Shown here piece after piece: positions 1 through 8,105 of a stretch of DNA of 64,000 nt. A program made the translations under genes and the position numbers. The stretch covers positions 270,341 through 334,340 of the forward strand of contig JAJDXE010000004.1 of the NCBI GenBank assembly GCA_022825265.1, given 5' to 3'. Below the pieces are notes generated by a model that ran no database searches, was not told the origin of the DNA, and saw only the letters and a list, made by a program, of their open reading frames with translations. How positions within the stretch are numbered: position 1 is the first letter of the stretch; each line of letters starts with the position of its first letter. The stretch is from Dehalococcoidia bacterium (GTDB taxonomy: Bacteria > Chloroflexota > Dehalococcoidia > Bin125).

Positions 1-490
1 ACGCCGACGGCGCCGTCACCGTCAAGCCCAGCGACGCCTTGATGTCCGGCTGATCAAAGCAGGGCAGCAACCGGTGAGCGTCGTACGGCTCGAAGTGCGT
101 GTACAGATACTCCTCGCCGTCCTCGGGATCGACGAACTGGTGCAGCCCCGCGCCGATGTGGTCGTACTCGTTGGTGTAGGAGATCTCGACGACGTTCTCA
201 GCGGACAGGTCTCCCCCATCGAGATACAGCCGATTGCGCTCATGTTTGACCTCGACCGAGGCGCCGTTGACCGTGAGTGAGTCGATCGACTTTGAGGTGC
301 AGTCAAGGAACGTGCCCGCCTCCGGTTCGGCCAGGCTGAACCTGACCGTCAGCGCGCCCTCATAGGTCTCCGAGCCTTTGGTCAGGCTCAGCGCCAGCGT
401 GTAGCCAACATCCGAAACGCGTCCGGCCCGCTCCTGAGCTTCCGCCTCGCTGAGAACATTCAGCGTGTCCATCGTCGCTGCCTCGGCCAT
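1..490 (-). CDS. pepN: Aminopeptidase N (M1 family), N-terminal portion only; the gene continues leftward beyond the window.
   Basis: Minus-strand translation from an ATG at about 488-490 gives MAEAATMDTLNVLSEAEAQERAGRVSDVGYTLALSL...LHQFVDPEDGEEYLYTHFEPYDAHRLLPCFDQPDIKA, the conserved PepN N-terminus. The open frame runs to position 1. It is absent from the ORF track only because it has no in-window stop. Confidence 0.8.
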   Translation of the reverse strand, partial: MAEAATMDTLNVLSEAEAQERAGRVSDVGYTLALSLTKGSETYEGALTVRFSLAEPEAGTFLDCTSKSIDSLTVNGASVEVKHERNRLYLDGGDLSAENVVEISYTNEYDHIGAGLHQFVDPEDGEEYLYTHFEPYDAHRLLPCFDQPDIKASLGLTVTAPSA

Positions 491-606
491 GTGAAATCCC
501 TTCGCCCGGTCTCAGCGGATATCTCAGGCCGAGGGTATCAGCGAGCCTGCCGTACCATGCCGCACGACGACGCTTTTCCGTGATCGATGAGTGAGAGGCC
601 GAGACC

Positions 607-1371
607 ATGTCCGACGGATACACCGAGTCCAGCATCGAGGTCGCCGGCCTCCCGATCCAGGTCCGCCGGGGCGGCGAGGGACCCGGCGTCCTCGTCATCC
701 ATCACGAGACCGGCAATCCAGGCTGGCTCGAGTTCCACAACGCTCTCTCTGCCCAGCGAGACGTCATCCTGCCGACTCTCCCCGGCTGGGACGGCACCGA
801 GCGCGGCGACTGGATGCGCAGCGTCCGCGACATCGCCGCCGTCTGCTCGTTGCTGTTGGACGAACTTGGCGTCGGCGAGGCGACCGTGGTCGGACTCGGC
901 TTCGGCGGCTACGTCGCGGCCGAGATGGCGACCGCCAACCAGTCGCGCCTGAGCAGCCTGGTCCTGGTCAATGCGATGGGCCTGCAGCCGGAGGAGGGCG
1001 AGATCCGCGACCAGTTCCTCGAAGCCCACGCCGACTACGTCAAGTCCTGCTTCGCCGACCCGGCCAACTTCACCGACCTCTACGGCGAGGAAGTCTCGAC
1101 CGAGCAGCTCGTCGCCTGGGACGCTAACCGGGAGATGACCGCCCGGACGGCCTGGAAACCGTTCCTCTACAGCCAGACCCTGCCCCACCTGCTCAAGAAT
1201 GTCAGCGTCAAGACGAAGGTGATCAGGGGCGCGCAGGACACCGTCGTCCCAGCCGCCGTCGGCGAGCAGTACGTGGAACTTCTCGGAGACGCCGAGATGA
1301 TCGAGATTCCCGGAGGCCACAACCTCGAATCCGACGCCGCCGAAGCTCTCGCCGAGGCGATCGTCGGCTGA
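607..1371 (+). CDS. Alpha/beta-hydrolase fold protein.
   Basis: 254 aa. Contains the HHETGNPGW motif and a nucleophile-elbow-like GLGFGGYVAAE, typical of the alpha/beta hydrolase family. Confidence 0.75.
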   Translation: MSDGYTESSIEVAGLPIQVRRGGEGPGVLVIHHETGNPGWLEFHNALSAQRDVILPTLPGWDGTERGDWMRSVRDIAAVCSLLLDELGVGEATVVGLGFGGYVAAEMATANQSRLSSLVLVNAMGLQPEEGEIRDQFLEAHADYVKSCFADPANFTDLYGEEVSTEQLVAWDANREMTARTAWKPFLYSQTLPHLLKNVSVKTKVIRGAQDTVVPAAVGEQYVELLGDAEMIEIPGGHNLESDAAEALAEAIVG

Positions 1372-1381
1372 CCTCATATTC

Positions 1382-3757
1382 GTGCGCGCCGTTGGCATCG
1401 TTGCACTTTCGGCGCTGATGGCTGCCGCGCTCTGGGCGGCGCTCCCACTTTCGAAAGTCGAGGCCCAGGAGACGCCGGGTGCCGAGATTCGCCTGGCGGC
1501 GCGCGACTTCGGCAATGGTTCAGTCTCAGTCGGACTGCAACACCGTCAGGCTGGCGCCTGGCGATTTGTAACTCCGGTGCGAAACGTACTGCCGGCATCT
1601 GCCGGCTTCAATCAGTGGTACACGACCTCGGCGACCGAGATAGCGGTGGTTCAGGCCAGTGTCGAGGTCGGATTGCGCAATCGAGCCTGGACTGCCGTTG
1701 ACGGCCCAGACCAATTCACCGTCACCATCGGCGACACTCGCTATCACGCTCGCTGCGGACGCCTGATCCTCTCGCTTCATGATGACGGACTGGAGATGCA
1801 GACCGGCTCGAGAAACTGCGAAGATGTCGTCACCGTGGAACCTCCGGAGTTGGCAGATCCGACGGATGTCGGCATGCAGGTCCTCCGTGTTGCGGCTCGG
1901 CGCCTCTCCAACGTCGGCATCGAGCTCGGCGTGCAACGCCTGGTCGACGGTCGCTGGGAGGCGTTGCGGCAGCCGACCCGCCCGGTGTTGACTGGACTCT
2001 CGCGCAACACCTGGCGCTACACATCGGTGCTTGACTTGCCGGCGGCGCCTGCGCACGTATCCGGCGAGCTGCGGCGCGGAGCATCAATCTCGACCCGCGA
2101 CGGCGATTTCGATGTTGAGGTTGATGGACGCGCCTATCGCACACGTTGCGGAACCCTGGATCTACATATTCTTGCCGAGCACATCCTGGTCGACACCGGG
2201 GCTGAAGGATGCCATGAGAGCGCTCCGCTGCTCACGATCTGCCCGACCTCCGATTGCGACGTGCAGCAGAATGCCGCTTATGCCTGGGAATCGCGTCAGA
2301 TTGGCGCATCGCTGGATCAGATCGAAGTAACACACTCCGAGGCGCAGGCAGTCGTCAACGCCATCTTCGCCGACTTCTTTCCCCGCAGCAGAGCTCCAAC
2401 GGTCTCATTCAGCAGCGAACAGTCACACGGTCACGCCGGTCGGAGTGAGATTGTGCTCGGAACAAGAGTGCAAACTTTAGGGTCGGTCGTGCACGAACTG
2501 GCCCACTCACTGGTCGATCGAGCGAACGTCAGGGACGTCGGTCACGGCGGCGCGTTTACCGCGATGCTGCTGTACCTCTGGGAGCGGTACTTCCCGATCG
2601 CCGATGTGGAAGCCGCCCGCGATGATGCCGACCATCACGGGATCGAGATTGCTTCGCGTTCACCGATTCAAACAAGGTTTAGCGAGGCGCGCCAGGTGAT
2701 CGGTGAACTGTTCTGCGACCGGACAGATACATCGCCGGAGCTATGCGCTGCAGCGACCGGTGCCATGACGCAACTGCCTGATGCCGTGTTCTCCGGCAAG
2801 TACGTTGGCGGCGGCAGCCTGCCGAACGGATGGTACGGCGCGGGCGAGCGAGCTGGAGTCGGCTTCCGTTCATATCTTGCTGTCGAATCGAATGAGCCGA
2901 CAACTGGGCCATCCCGCGCGCGGCTCAGCATTGAGTGCAATACGGACGATGAGCTGGAGGTGGATGTGTGGTGGCGGCAGGCGGAAGAGCTTCCCTCAGT
3001 GCTGCAGTATCGATTCGGTCACGCTGAGTGGATTGAAGATCGTTGGTACACCATTAGCGGCGGAACCTGGAGCGACGACTCGTGGGCATTGCATCGTGCA
3101 CCTGATGCGCGAACGTTCCTGCAGGCTGCCTTGTGGCATACGCGCAACGGCGAACCCTTCACAGTGAGGTATGTCCTGGACGGCCGCTTTTTCACCGCAT
3201 CATTCGGTACCGACGGCATGTTCGATACACCGGTCCAGCCGAATCTCGTTCGGTGCGGCGAGAGTGATGTCGCTGTCGTCTCCGACGATCCAGTCATCGA
3301 CTGGGGCCGCTTCGGCGACAACCTCTTCTGGGGCGTCGACGAAGACGAGTTGCTGCTGAAGTCCTACGTCGCGATGGACGCCCTGATCGTGCAGACTGGT
3401 ACCACGGCGCGACTGTCCCTTCAGTGCGAGATGGGACAGTTGGAAGTCGATCTCTACTGGGAGGTCGACAGTGACTTGGACTGGACCATCCTGTACCTCA
3501 TCAACGATGGAACCGTGCAGACTGAAGAATGGTCGTCAGGTTGGGGACGCTGGGGAGACACAGAGTACAAGTGGACCGGCCTCGAGGAGGCCGCTGACTT
3601 GGTGGCGGCGCTCGCCTGGGCCGCGCAGACGGACGGAACTTTCACCGTCCAGTCGCACGCGCGAGACGACGCCAACAGCCCCTACACCGCCACCTTCGAC
3701 CTTGACGGCCTCTTCGACACCCCGGTCCAACCCAATCTCGCCCGTTGCGGCCGTTAG
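1382..3757 (+). CDS. Secreted 791-aa protein with an HEXXH zinc-binding motif (putative metallopeptidase-like), internal repeats, and the shared N-terminal GLQxR motif.
   Basis: Has a signal-peptide-like N-terminus (MRAVGIVALSALMAAALWAALPLSKVEAQE) and the motif VVHELAHSLVDR. Two C-terminal repeats of about 110 aa each end in F(D/G)xDG(M/L)FDTPVQPNL(V/A)RCG. Coding periodicity is strong across the frame. Confidence 0.7.
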   Translation: MRAVGIVALSALMAAALWAALPLSKVEAQETPGAEIRLAARDFGNGSVSVGLQHRQAGAWRFVTPVRNVLPASAGFNQWYTTSATEIAVVQASVEVGLRNRAWTAVDGPDQFTVTIGDTRYHARCGRLILSLHDDGLEMQTGSRNCEDVVTVEPPELADPTDVGMQVLRVAARRLSNVGIELGVQRLVDGRWEALRQPTRPVLTGLSRNTWRYTSVLDLPAAPAHVSGELRRGASISTRDGDFDVEVDGRAYRTRCGTLDLHILAEHILVDTGAEGCHESAPLLTICPTSDCDVQQNAAYAWESRQIGASLDQIEVTHSEAQAVVNAIFADFFPRSRAPTVSFSSEQSHGHAGRSEIVLGTRVQTLGSVVHELAHSLVDRANVRDVGHGGAFTAMLLYLWERYFPIADVEAARDDADHHGIEIASRSPIQTRFSEARQVIGELFCDRTDTSPELCAAATGAMTQLPDAVFSGKYVGGGSLPNGWYGAGERAGVGFRSYLAVESNEPTTGPSRARLSIECNTDDELEVDVWWRQAEELPSVLQYRFGHAEWIEDRWYTISGGTWSDDSWALHRAPDARTFLQAALWHTRNGEPFTVRYVLDGRFFTASFGTDGMFDTPVQPNLVRCGESDVAVVSDDPVIDWGRFGDNLFWGVDEDELLLKSYVAMDALIVQTGTTARLSLQCEMGQLEVDLYWEVDSDLDWTILYLINDGTVQTEEWSSGWGRWGDTEYKWTGLEEAADLVAALAWAAQTDGTFTVQSHARDDANSPYTATFDLDGLFDTPVQPNLARCGR

Positions 3758-4038
3758 GCGGCGACCTCGATCCGATCGATCTTCTCGCAGGAGCGCCGAA
3801 CGCGCGCCAGATCGTGCCGAGCCTGCGCTCTCAGCCAGAATTCTGCGGTGCTGCCGAAGGCTTGCTCGAACCTAAACGCCATGTCCGCTGTAATCGGCGC
3901 TCGTTCTTCGCAGATTGCCGCGAGCTCTTGTTCGTCAACCTTGAGATGCTTCGCTGCTGCCCCGACGGTCAAGCCGAGTGCGGCGATGCAGTCCTCGCGG
4001 ATCGTGGCCCCTGGGTGAGATGGGTTCTCGCGGCTCAT
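3754..4038 (-). CDS. higA: HigA-type antitoxin (XRE-family HTH).
   Basis: Sequence MSRENPSHPGATIREDCIAALGLTVGAAAKHLKVDEQELAAICEERAPITADMAFRFEQAFG matches the HigA/XRE HTH family. An AAGGAG Shine-Dalgarno sits 6 nt upstream of the ATG. It lies 10 nt downstream of the higB stop. Confidence 0.8.
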   Translation of the reverse strand: MSRENPSHPGATIREDCIAALGLTVGAAAKHLKVDEQELAAICEERAPITADMAFRFEQAFGSTAEFWLRAQARHDLARVRRSCEKIDRIEVAA

Positions 4039-4048
4039 GTTCCGCTCC

Positions 4049-4327
4049 TTAGTGATAGTCCACAAACCGTACGTCAACGATATCGCCCCCATCGAACTGA
4101 AAGATCAGCCTCCAATTGCCGCTGATCCGAATCGACCAGAATCCGGCCAACTCTCCCGACAGTTGGTGCAAGCGGTAGCCCGGTAGATCGAGATCCTGCG
4201 GCGCCCCTGCATCGTCCATGCGGTCCAGCACCACGCCCAGTCGCGGCAACAGATGAGGCGGCAGCCGGCGCCCATCGCCACGCAAGTGGAAGGCCTGCAG
4301 CCGGCGGTCTGCGAAATGGGTGATCAC
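4049..4327 (-). CDS. higB: HigB-type toxin (RelE/ParE superfamily plasmid-maintenance killer).
   Basis: 92 aa with a GTG start. The LHQLSGELAGFWSIRISGNWRLIFQFDGGDIVDVRFVDYH segment is typical of HigB. The toxin-upstream-of-antitoxin order is characteristic of higBA. Confidence 0.8.
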   Translation of the reverse strand: MITHFADRRLQAFHLRGDGRRLPPHLLPRLGVVLDRMDDAGAPQDLDLPGYRLHQLSGELAGFWSIRISGNWRLIFQFDGGDIVDVRFVDYH

Positions 4328-4387
4328 CGACGCAGACTAGCTCGGCCGCTAGACTGCCCGACGACACCGCATCGAACGGAGCCTCCT

Positions 4388-5641
4388 ATGCACCTGATGT
4401 ACTTCACCGAGCAGCCGATGTCGGCCTACGACGAGCACGCCGCCGAGGAGGGCGTGACCGCCCTGCTGTTCTCCAACTCCAACTTCGATCCCGTCGCCGG
4501 CTCGGAGCTCTACAACCATCGGCTGACCGAGTACAAGCTGGCCGAGGAAGTCGGCGTTGACGGGATCATGCTCAACGAGCACCACAACGCGCCTTTCTGC
4601 ATGCAGGCCAAGTGCAACATCTGGGCCTCGGTCCTCGCCGGCGCCACCGAGCGGGTCAAGATCGTCCTGCTCGGCAACCCCCTGCCGCTGGCCGACAACC
4701 CGATCCGCCTGGCCGAAGAGCTGGCCATGATCGACATGATCTCCGGCGGCCGGCTCGTCTCCGGCTTCGTCCGCGGCGGCGGCACCGAGCAGCTCGCCAC
4801 CGGCGTTAACCCGGCCTACAACCGCGAGCGCTTCGAAGAGGCCCACGACCTGATCGTCGAGGCCTGGACCCGTCCCGGCCCCTTCCGCTGGGAGGGCCGC
4901 CATTACCAGCACCGCGTCGTCAATCCCTGGGCCCTGCCGATGCAGCAGCCGCATCCGCGCATCTGGATTCCCGGTGTGCTCTCGCGCGAGACCGTGGTCT
5001 GGGCGGCCAAGCACCGCTACCCCTACATCGCGCTCAACACGACCATCGAGGCGACCAAGCGCATCTGGCAGACCTACGACGACGCAGCCCACGAGGTCGG
5101 CTATGACCCCGGTCCCGAGAACCGCGGCTACCTGCTCCGCGTCCACGTCGCCGACACCACCGAGAAGGCGATGGAGAACGCCTCGCAGTTCATGTGGATG
5201 CAGGGTGAGTTCACCGGCCTCGCGCACCCGGTCTGGTCAAACCCGGCCGGTTACGCCTCGCCCCGCAACCGCGAAGCGCTGGTCGAAGTCATGAACGGAC
5301 GCCGACCGCCGCCGCGCGCGCAGTCCTTCGACAACCAGATCGAGAACATGCAAATCATCGCCGGCACGCCCGACGAATGCATCCACAAGCTGCGCACCAT
5401 CCTCGAAGAGACGCGTCCCGGCATTCTCGCCCTCTGGGGCAACGACGGCCGCGTCACGCACGAGGACTCAATGCGCTGCATCGAGCTCCTCGGCACCGAG
5501 GTCATGCCCGCCCTCCGAGACATGGGGGCCGAGCTCGACCTTGACGGACCGTTCGACTCCGAGCCGCCGGTCAGCATCAACTACGACGAAGCCGCCAAAG
5601 CCCGCGTCGCAGCGGCGGCAGCCGCTGGTTCGGGCGACTAG
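4388..5641 (+). CDS. LLM-class (luciferase-like) flavin/F420-dependent oxidoreductase.
   Basis: Begins MHLMYFTEQPMSAYDEHAAEEG...NEHHN...GGRLVSGF..., a luciferase-like monooxygenase fold. The ATG at 4388 has a GGAG 7 nt upstream. The ORF-track N-terminal extension from 4253 is rejected. Confidence 0.8.
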   Translation: MHLMYFTEQPMSAYDEHAAEEGVTALLFSNSNFDPVAGSELYNHRLTEYKLAEEVGVDGIMLNEHHNAPFCMQAKCNIWASVLAGATERVKIVLLGNPLPLADNPIRLAEELAMIDMISGGRLVSGFVRGGGTEQLATGVNPAYNRERFEEAHDLIVEAWTRPGPFRWEGRHYQHRVVNPWALPMQQPHPRIWIPGVLSRETVVWAAKHRYPYIALNTTIEATKRIWQTYDDAAHEVGYDPGPENRGYLLRVHVADTTEKAMENASQFMWMQGEFTGLAHPVWSNPAGYASPRNREALVEVMNGRRPPPRAQSFDNQIENMQIIAGTPDECIHKLRTILEETRPGILALWGNDGRVTHEDSMRCIELLGTEVMPALRDMGAELDLDGPFDSEPPVSINYDEAAKARVAAAAAAGSGD

Positions 5642-5648
5642 CAACAAA

Positions 5649-5740
5649 GAGCTCCCCCTCTGGGGGAGCTGCCGCACCCATGTCCTCTCTCCCCCCGCGT
5701 AGCGGGGGGAGATGCCGAAGGCAGAGGGGGGTCCCCAGAA
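5649..5740. repeat. Intergenic palindromic repeat element of the CCCCCTCTGGGGG family, locus A.
   Basis: Sequence is gagctCCCCCTCTGGGGGagctg, then ctccccccgcgtagcggggggag, then gaggggggtcccc. The same family is seen at about 15468, 15894, 19730 and 40581. Confidence 0.7.
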
Positions 5741-5796
5741 GGAGCCAAGAACCAGAACCAACACGCGACCCAGCACGAGCCAAAGGACTCCTAGAA

Positions 5797-6570
5797 ATGG
5801 CAACCGTAGACATCCTCCTCCCCGGCTACTCGTTCGGCACCGACTCCGGCACGCCCGCCTTCTGCGCCGTGATCCTGGTTGAATCCGACGGCCGCCGCAT
5901 CCTCGTCGACACGGCCCACGTCGGCCGCCGCGTCCAGCTACAGGAACAGCTCGCCGCCCGCGGACTCGGCGTCTCCGACATCGACCTGGTCTTCATGACC
6001 CACGCCCACTGGGACCACGTCCAGAACTTCGACGCCTTCCCCGACGTGCCGATGGCGATCCACCCGCACGAGCGCAAGTACGCCTCCGAGCCCCATGTCA
6101 ACGACTGGGCCACCCCTCAGTGGACCGGCGCCGCCATCGAAACCCACCCGATGACCGAGGTCAACGACGGCGACGAACTGGCCAAGGGCGTCCGAGTGAT
6201 TCATCTGCCGGGGCACTCGCCGGGCAGTATTGGTCTGCTGGTCGAGACCGAAGCCGGCGTCGCCGGCCTGACCGGCGACGCGATGCACACCGCCGCCGTC
6301 GGCAAGGCCGGACGCAGCCCGCTCGTCTTCTACAGCGAGTCCCAGGCCAACGAGTCCATCGCCCGCGTGATGAGCGCCTCCGACCTGCTCTATCCCGGAC
6401 ACGACCGCCCATTCCGTATGGTCGACGGCGATCCGGAGTACATCGAGGAGTACAAGCTCACCCTCAGCGGAGTCCAGCCCGACATGGCCGGCCTCACGTT
6501 CGCCGATCCGCCGACCGAACTCGTCACCTGGGTCATGCCCGGCATCGAGGACCAGCCCACCTATCAGTAG
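5797..6570 (+). CDS. MBL-fold metallo-hydrolase (N-acyl-homoserine-lactonase-like).
   Basis: MATVDILLPGYSF...THAHWDHVQNF...HLPGHSPGS...GDAMH..YPGHD, giving metallo-beta-lactamase motifs HxHxDH, H and D. The start was chosen after the repeat element. Confidence 0.8.
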   Translation: MATVDILLPGYSFGTDSGTPAFCAVILVESDGRRILVDTAHVGRRVQLQEQLAARGLGVSDIDLVFMTHAHWDHVQNFDAFPDVPMAIHPHERKYASEPHVNDWATPQWTGAAIETHPMTEVNDGDELAKGVRVIHLPGHSPGSIGLLVETEAGVAGLTGDAMHTAAVGKAGRSPLVFYSESQANESIARVMSASDLLYPGHDRPFRMVDGDPEYIEEYKLTLSGVQPDMAGLTFADPPTELVTWVMPGIEDQPTYQ

Positions 6571-6571
6571 G

Positions 6572-7456
6572 TTGCGACTAGCACTCATCAACGGCCGCCG
6601 GGTCGCCTACGAAATCGGCGGCGACCCCAACGGCCGGCCCGTTCTGATCATCCACGGCGCCTGGGGCGGCCCATCCTCAACCCTGTGGAACGGCCCCAGG
6701 CTCCGCTGGCGGGTCCCCACCAACGGCCTCAAGCTGATCTACTACGATCGCCGCTGCGCCGGCCTCTCGCAGTACGACACCGAACCCTTCACCCTCGAGG
6801 ACCTCGCCAACGACGCCGTCGACGTCCTCGACTACCTGGACGTTGAACAGGCCGCAGCCATCGCCACATCCGCCGGCGGCCCAATCGGCCTGAGGCTCGC
6901 GCTCGACCATCCAGAACGCGTCGAAGCCCTGGTGCTGCTCAACACCGGAGCATCATTGATGTCGCTCACGCCGACCGGCATCGACCTTGACGACCCCTTC
7001 GTCGCGGACAGGCTTGCCACCGTAGCAAGGCGGCTCGCCCTCCTCAATCTGCTCGATCGCCGGGGCATCAACGCAGCCGTCGCCGCCTCAGAAGACGAGT
7101 GGCGGTCTCCGCCCCAGCCGGCGGAACCCGACCCGTCGCTGAAGACCTACCGACACAACCGCCAGGCAGCGGCGAAGAACCTGTCGGAGCCCGAACTCGC
7201 CCGCCTCGCGCACGGCGCGTTGCTCAACATGCGAGCGCAACGGGACGAAGACTTGAGCGACGAACTGTATCGAATTGGCTGCCCGGTCCTGATCGTCCAC
7301 GGCGACAGCGACACGACGGTGCCCCTGACCTTAGGCCAGGCATTGGCTTCCTCAACACCTGGCTCAGAAGTCACTATCCTTCGGGGAGTCGGCCACGGGC
7401 TGATCGTCGATCCGGCCGCGCAGGAGGTGGTCGTAACCTGGTTGAGACAGCGCTAA
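6572..7456 (+). CDS. Alpha/beta hydrolase.
   Basis: 294 aa with an alternative (TTG) start per the ORF track. Contains VLIIHGAWGG and a C-terminal HG. Confidence 0.65.
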   Translation: MRLALINGRRVAYEIGGDPNGRPVLIIHGAWGGPSSTLWNGPRLRWRVPTNGLKLIYYDRRCAGLSQYDTEPFTLEDLANDAVDVLDYLDVEQAAAIATSAGGPIGLRLALDHPERVEALVLLNTGASLMSLTPTGIDLDDPFVADRLATVARRLALLNLLDRRGINAAVAASEDEWRSPPQPAEPDPSLKTYRHNRQAAAKNLSEPELARLAHGALLNMRAQRDEDLSDELYRIGCPVLIVHGDSDTTVPLTLGQALASSTPGSEVTILRGVGHGLIVDPAAQEVVVTWLRQR

Positions 7457-7465
7457 GATGGTCGC

Positions 7466-7654
7466 ATGACGACCATTGAACCCAAGCGCAACGTACCTCC
7501 GGACCTGGACAAGCTCGCAGCAGAACAGGGTGTCAAGCCGATGACTGCGCAAGAATTCGCGCAGGCGCTACGCGATCTCTTCGAGGACGAGGAAGACAAA
7601 CAGAAGTTCCTGGAGAGGTTCGATCGCTTCTGGCCGAACGAGCCAGATGGCTGA
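7466..7654 (+). CDS. Small protein, putative antitoxin partner of the downstream PIN-domain protein.
   Basis: 62 aa, acidic C-terminus. Overlaps the downstream PIN gene by 8 nt, the usual translationally coupled TA arrangement. Confidence 0.5.
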   Translation: MTTIEPKRNVPPDLDKLAAEQGVKPMTAQEFAQALRDLFEDEEDKQKFLERFDRFWPNEPDG

Positions 7655-8102
7655 TTCCCTTCAGCGGGTCTCAGTCGACACGAATGTCGTTAGCTCCATC
7701 GTTCGGGACAATGCCTATAGCGCTCCCTATCTGCGCCTACTGCAGAGCTTCGCTCCAACGCTCACCTACTTTGTGCGAGGAGAACTCGCTGCCGCGAAGT
7801 GGAGTCAGCGCCGTCAAGAGCGATTCGATGCCCTACTCGCCGAGTACAGGTATCTTCCCGATCCCGATGAGCAGACAATCGACGCGTATGTCCAAGTGAG
7901 CGCAGCTGCTGTATCGCTCGGGTTTGAGGCCTCTCTGGGGTCTGACCTGTGGATACTGGCACAGACCCTTGCGCTAGGTCTTCCTTTCATGTCCCATGAC
8001 AGCAACGCGATTCGCACTGCTGAACGGGTAGGCATCGATTACCGGACATTGAACAGGCGCGCCCTTGACCGAATAGAACAGGATCGCGCTGCGCTCCGGT
8101 AA
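7647..8102 (+). CDS. PIN-domain protein (VapC-like toxin).
   Basis: 151 aa with an N-terminal VDTNVV. Acidic residues sit at about 11, 45, 100 and 118, matching PIN catalytic spacing. Confidence 0.6.
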   Translation: MADSLQRVSVDTNVVSSIVRDNAYSAPYLRLLQSFAPTLTYFVRGELAAAKWSQRRQERFDALLAEYRYLPDPDEQTIDAYVQVSAAAVSLGFEASLGSDLWILAQTLALGLPFMSHDSNAIRTAERVGIDYRTLNRRALDRIEQDRAALR

Positions 8103-8105
8103 GTC

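Noticed and set aside
538-1515. 325-aa minus-strand ORF antisense to the alpha/beta-hydrolase gene. Similar long antisense or overlapping ORFs occur at 4349-5227, 5938-6591, 8347-9276, 9590-10990, 14063-15073, 22030-23061, 22758-23876, 40680-41966, 46234-47748, 52717-33592-type frames, 53153-54175 and 17889-18563.
   Set aside because: These are typical high-GC artefacts. They have no start context and Arg/Ala/Gly/Pro-rich low-complexity translations. Each lies opposite or out of frame to a gene with a clear family signature.
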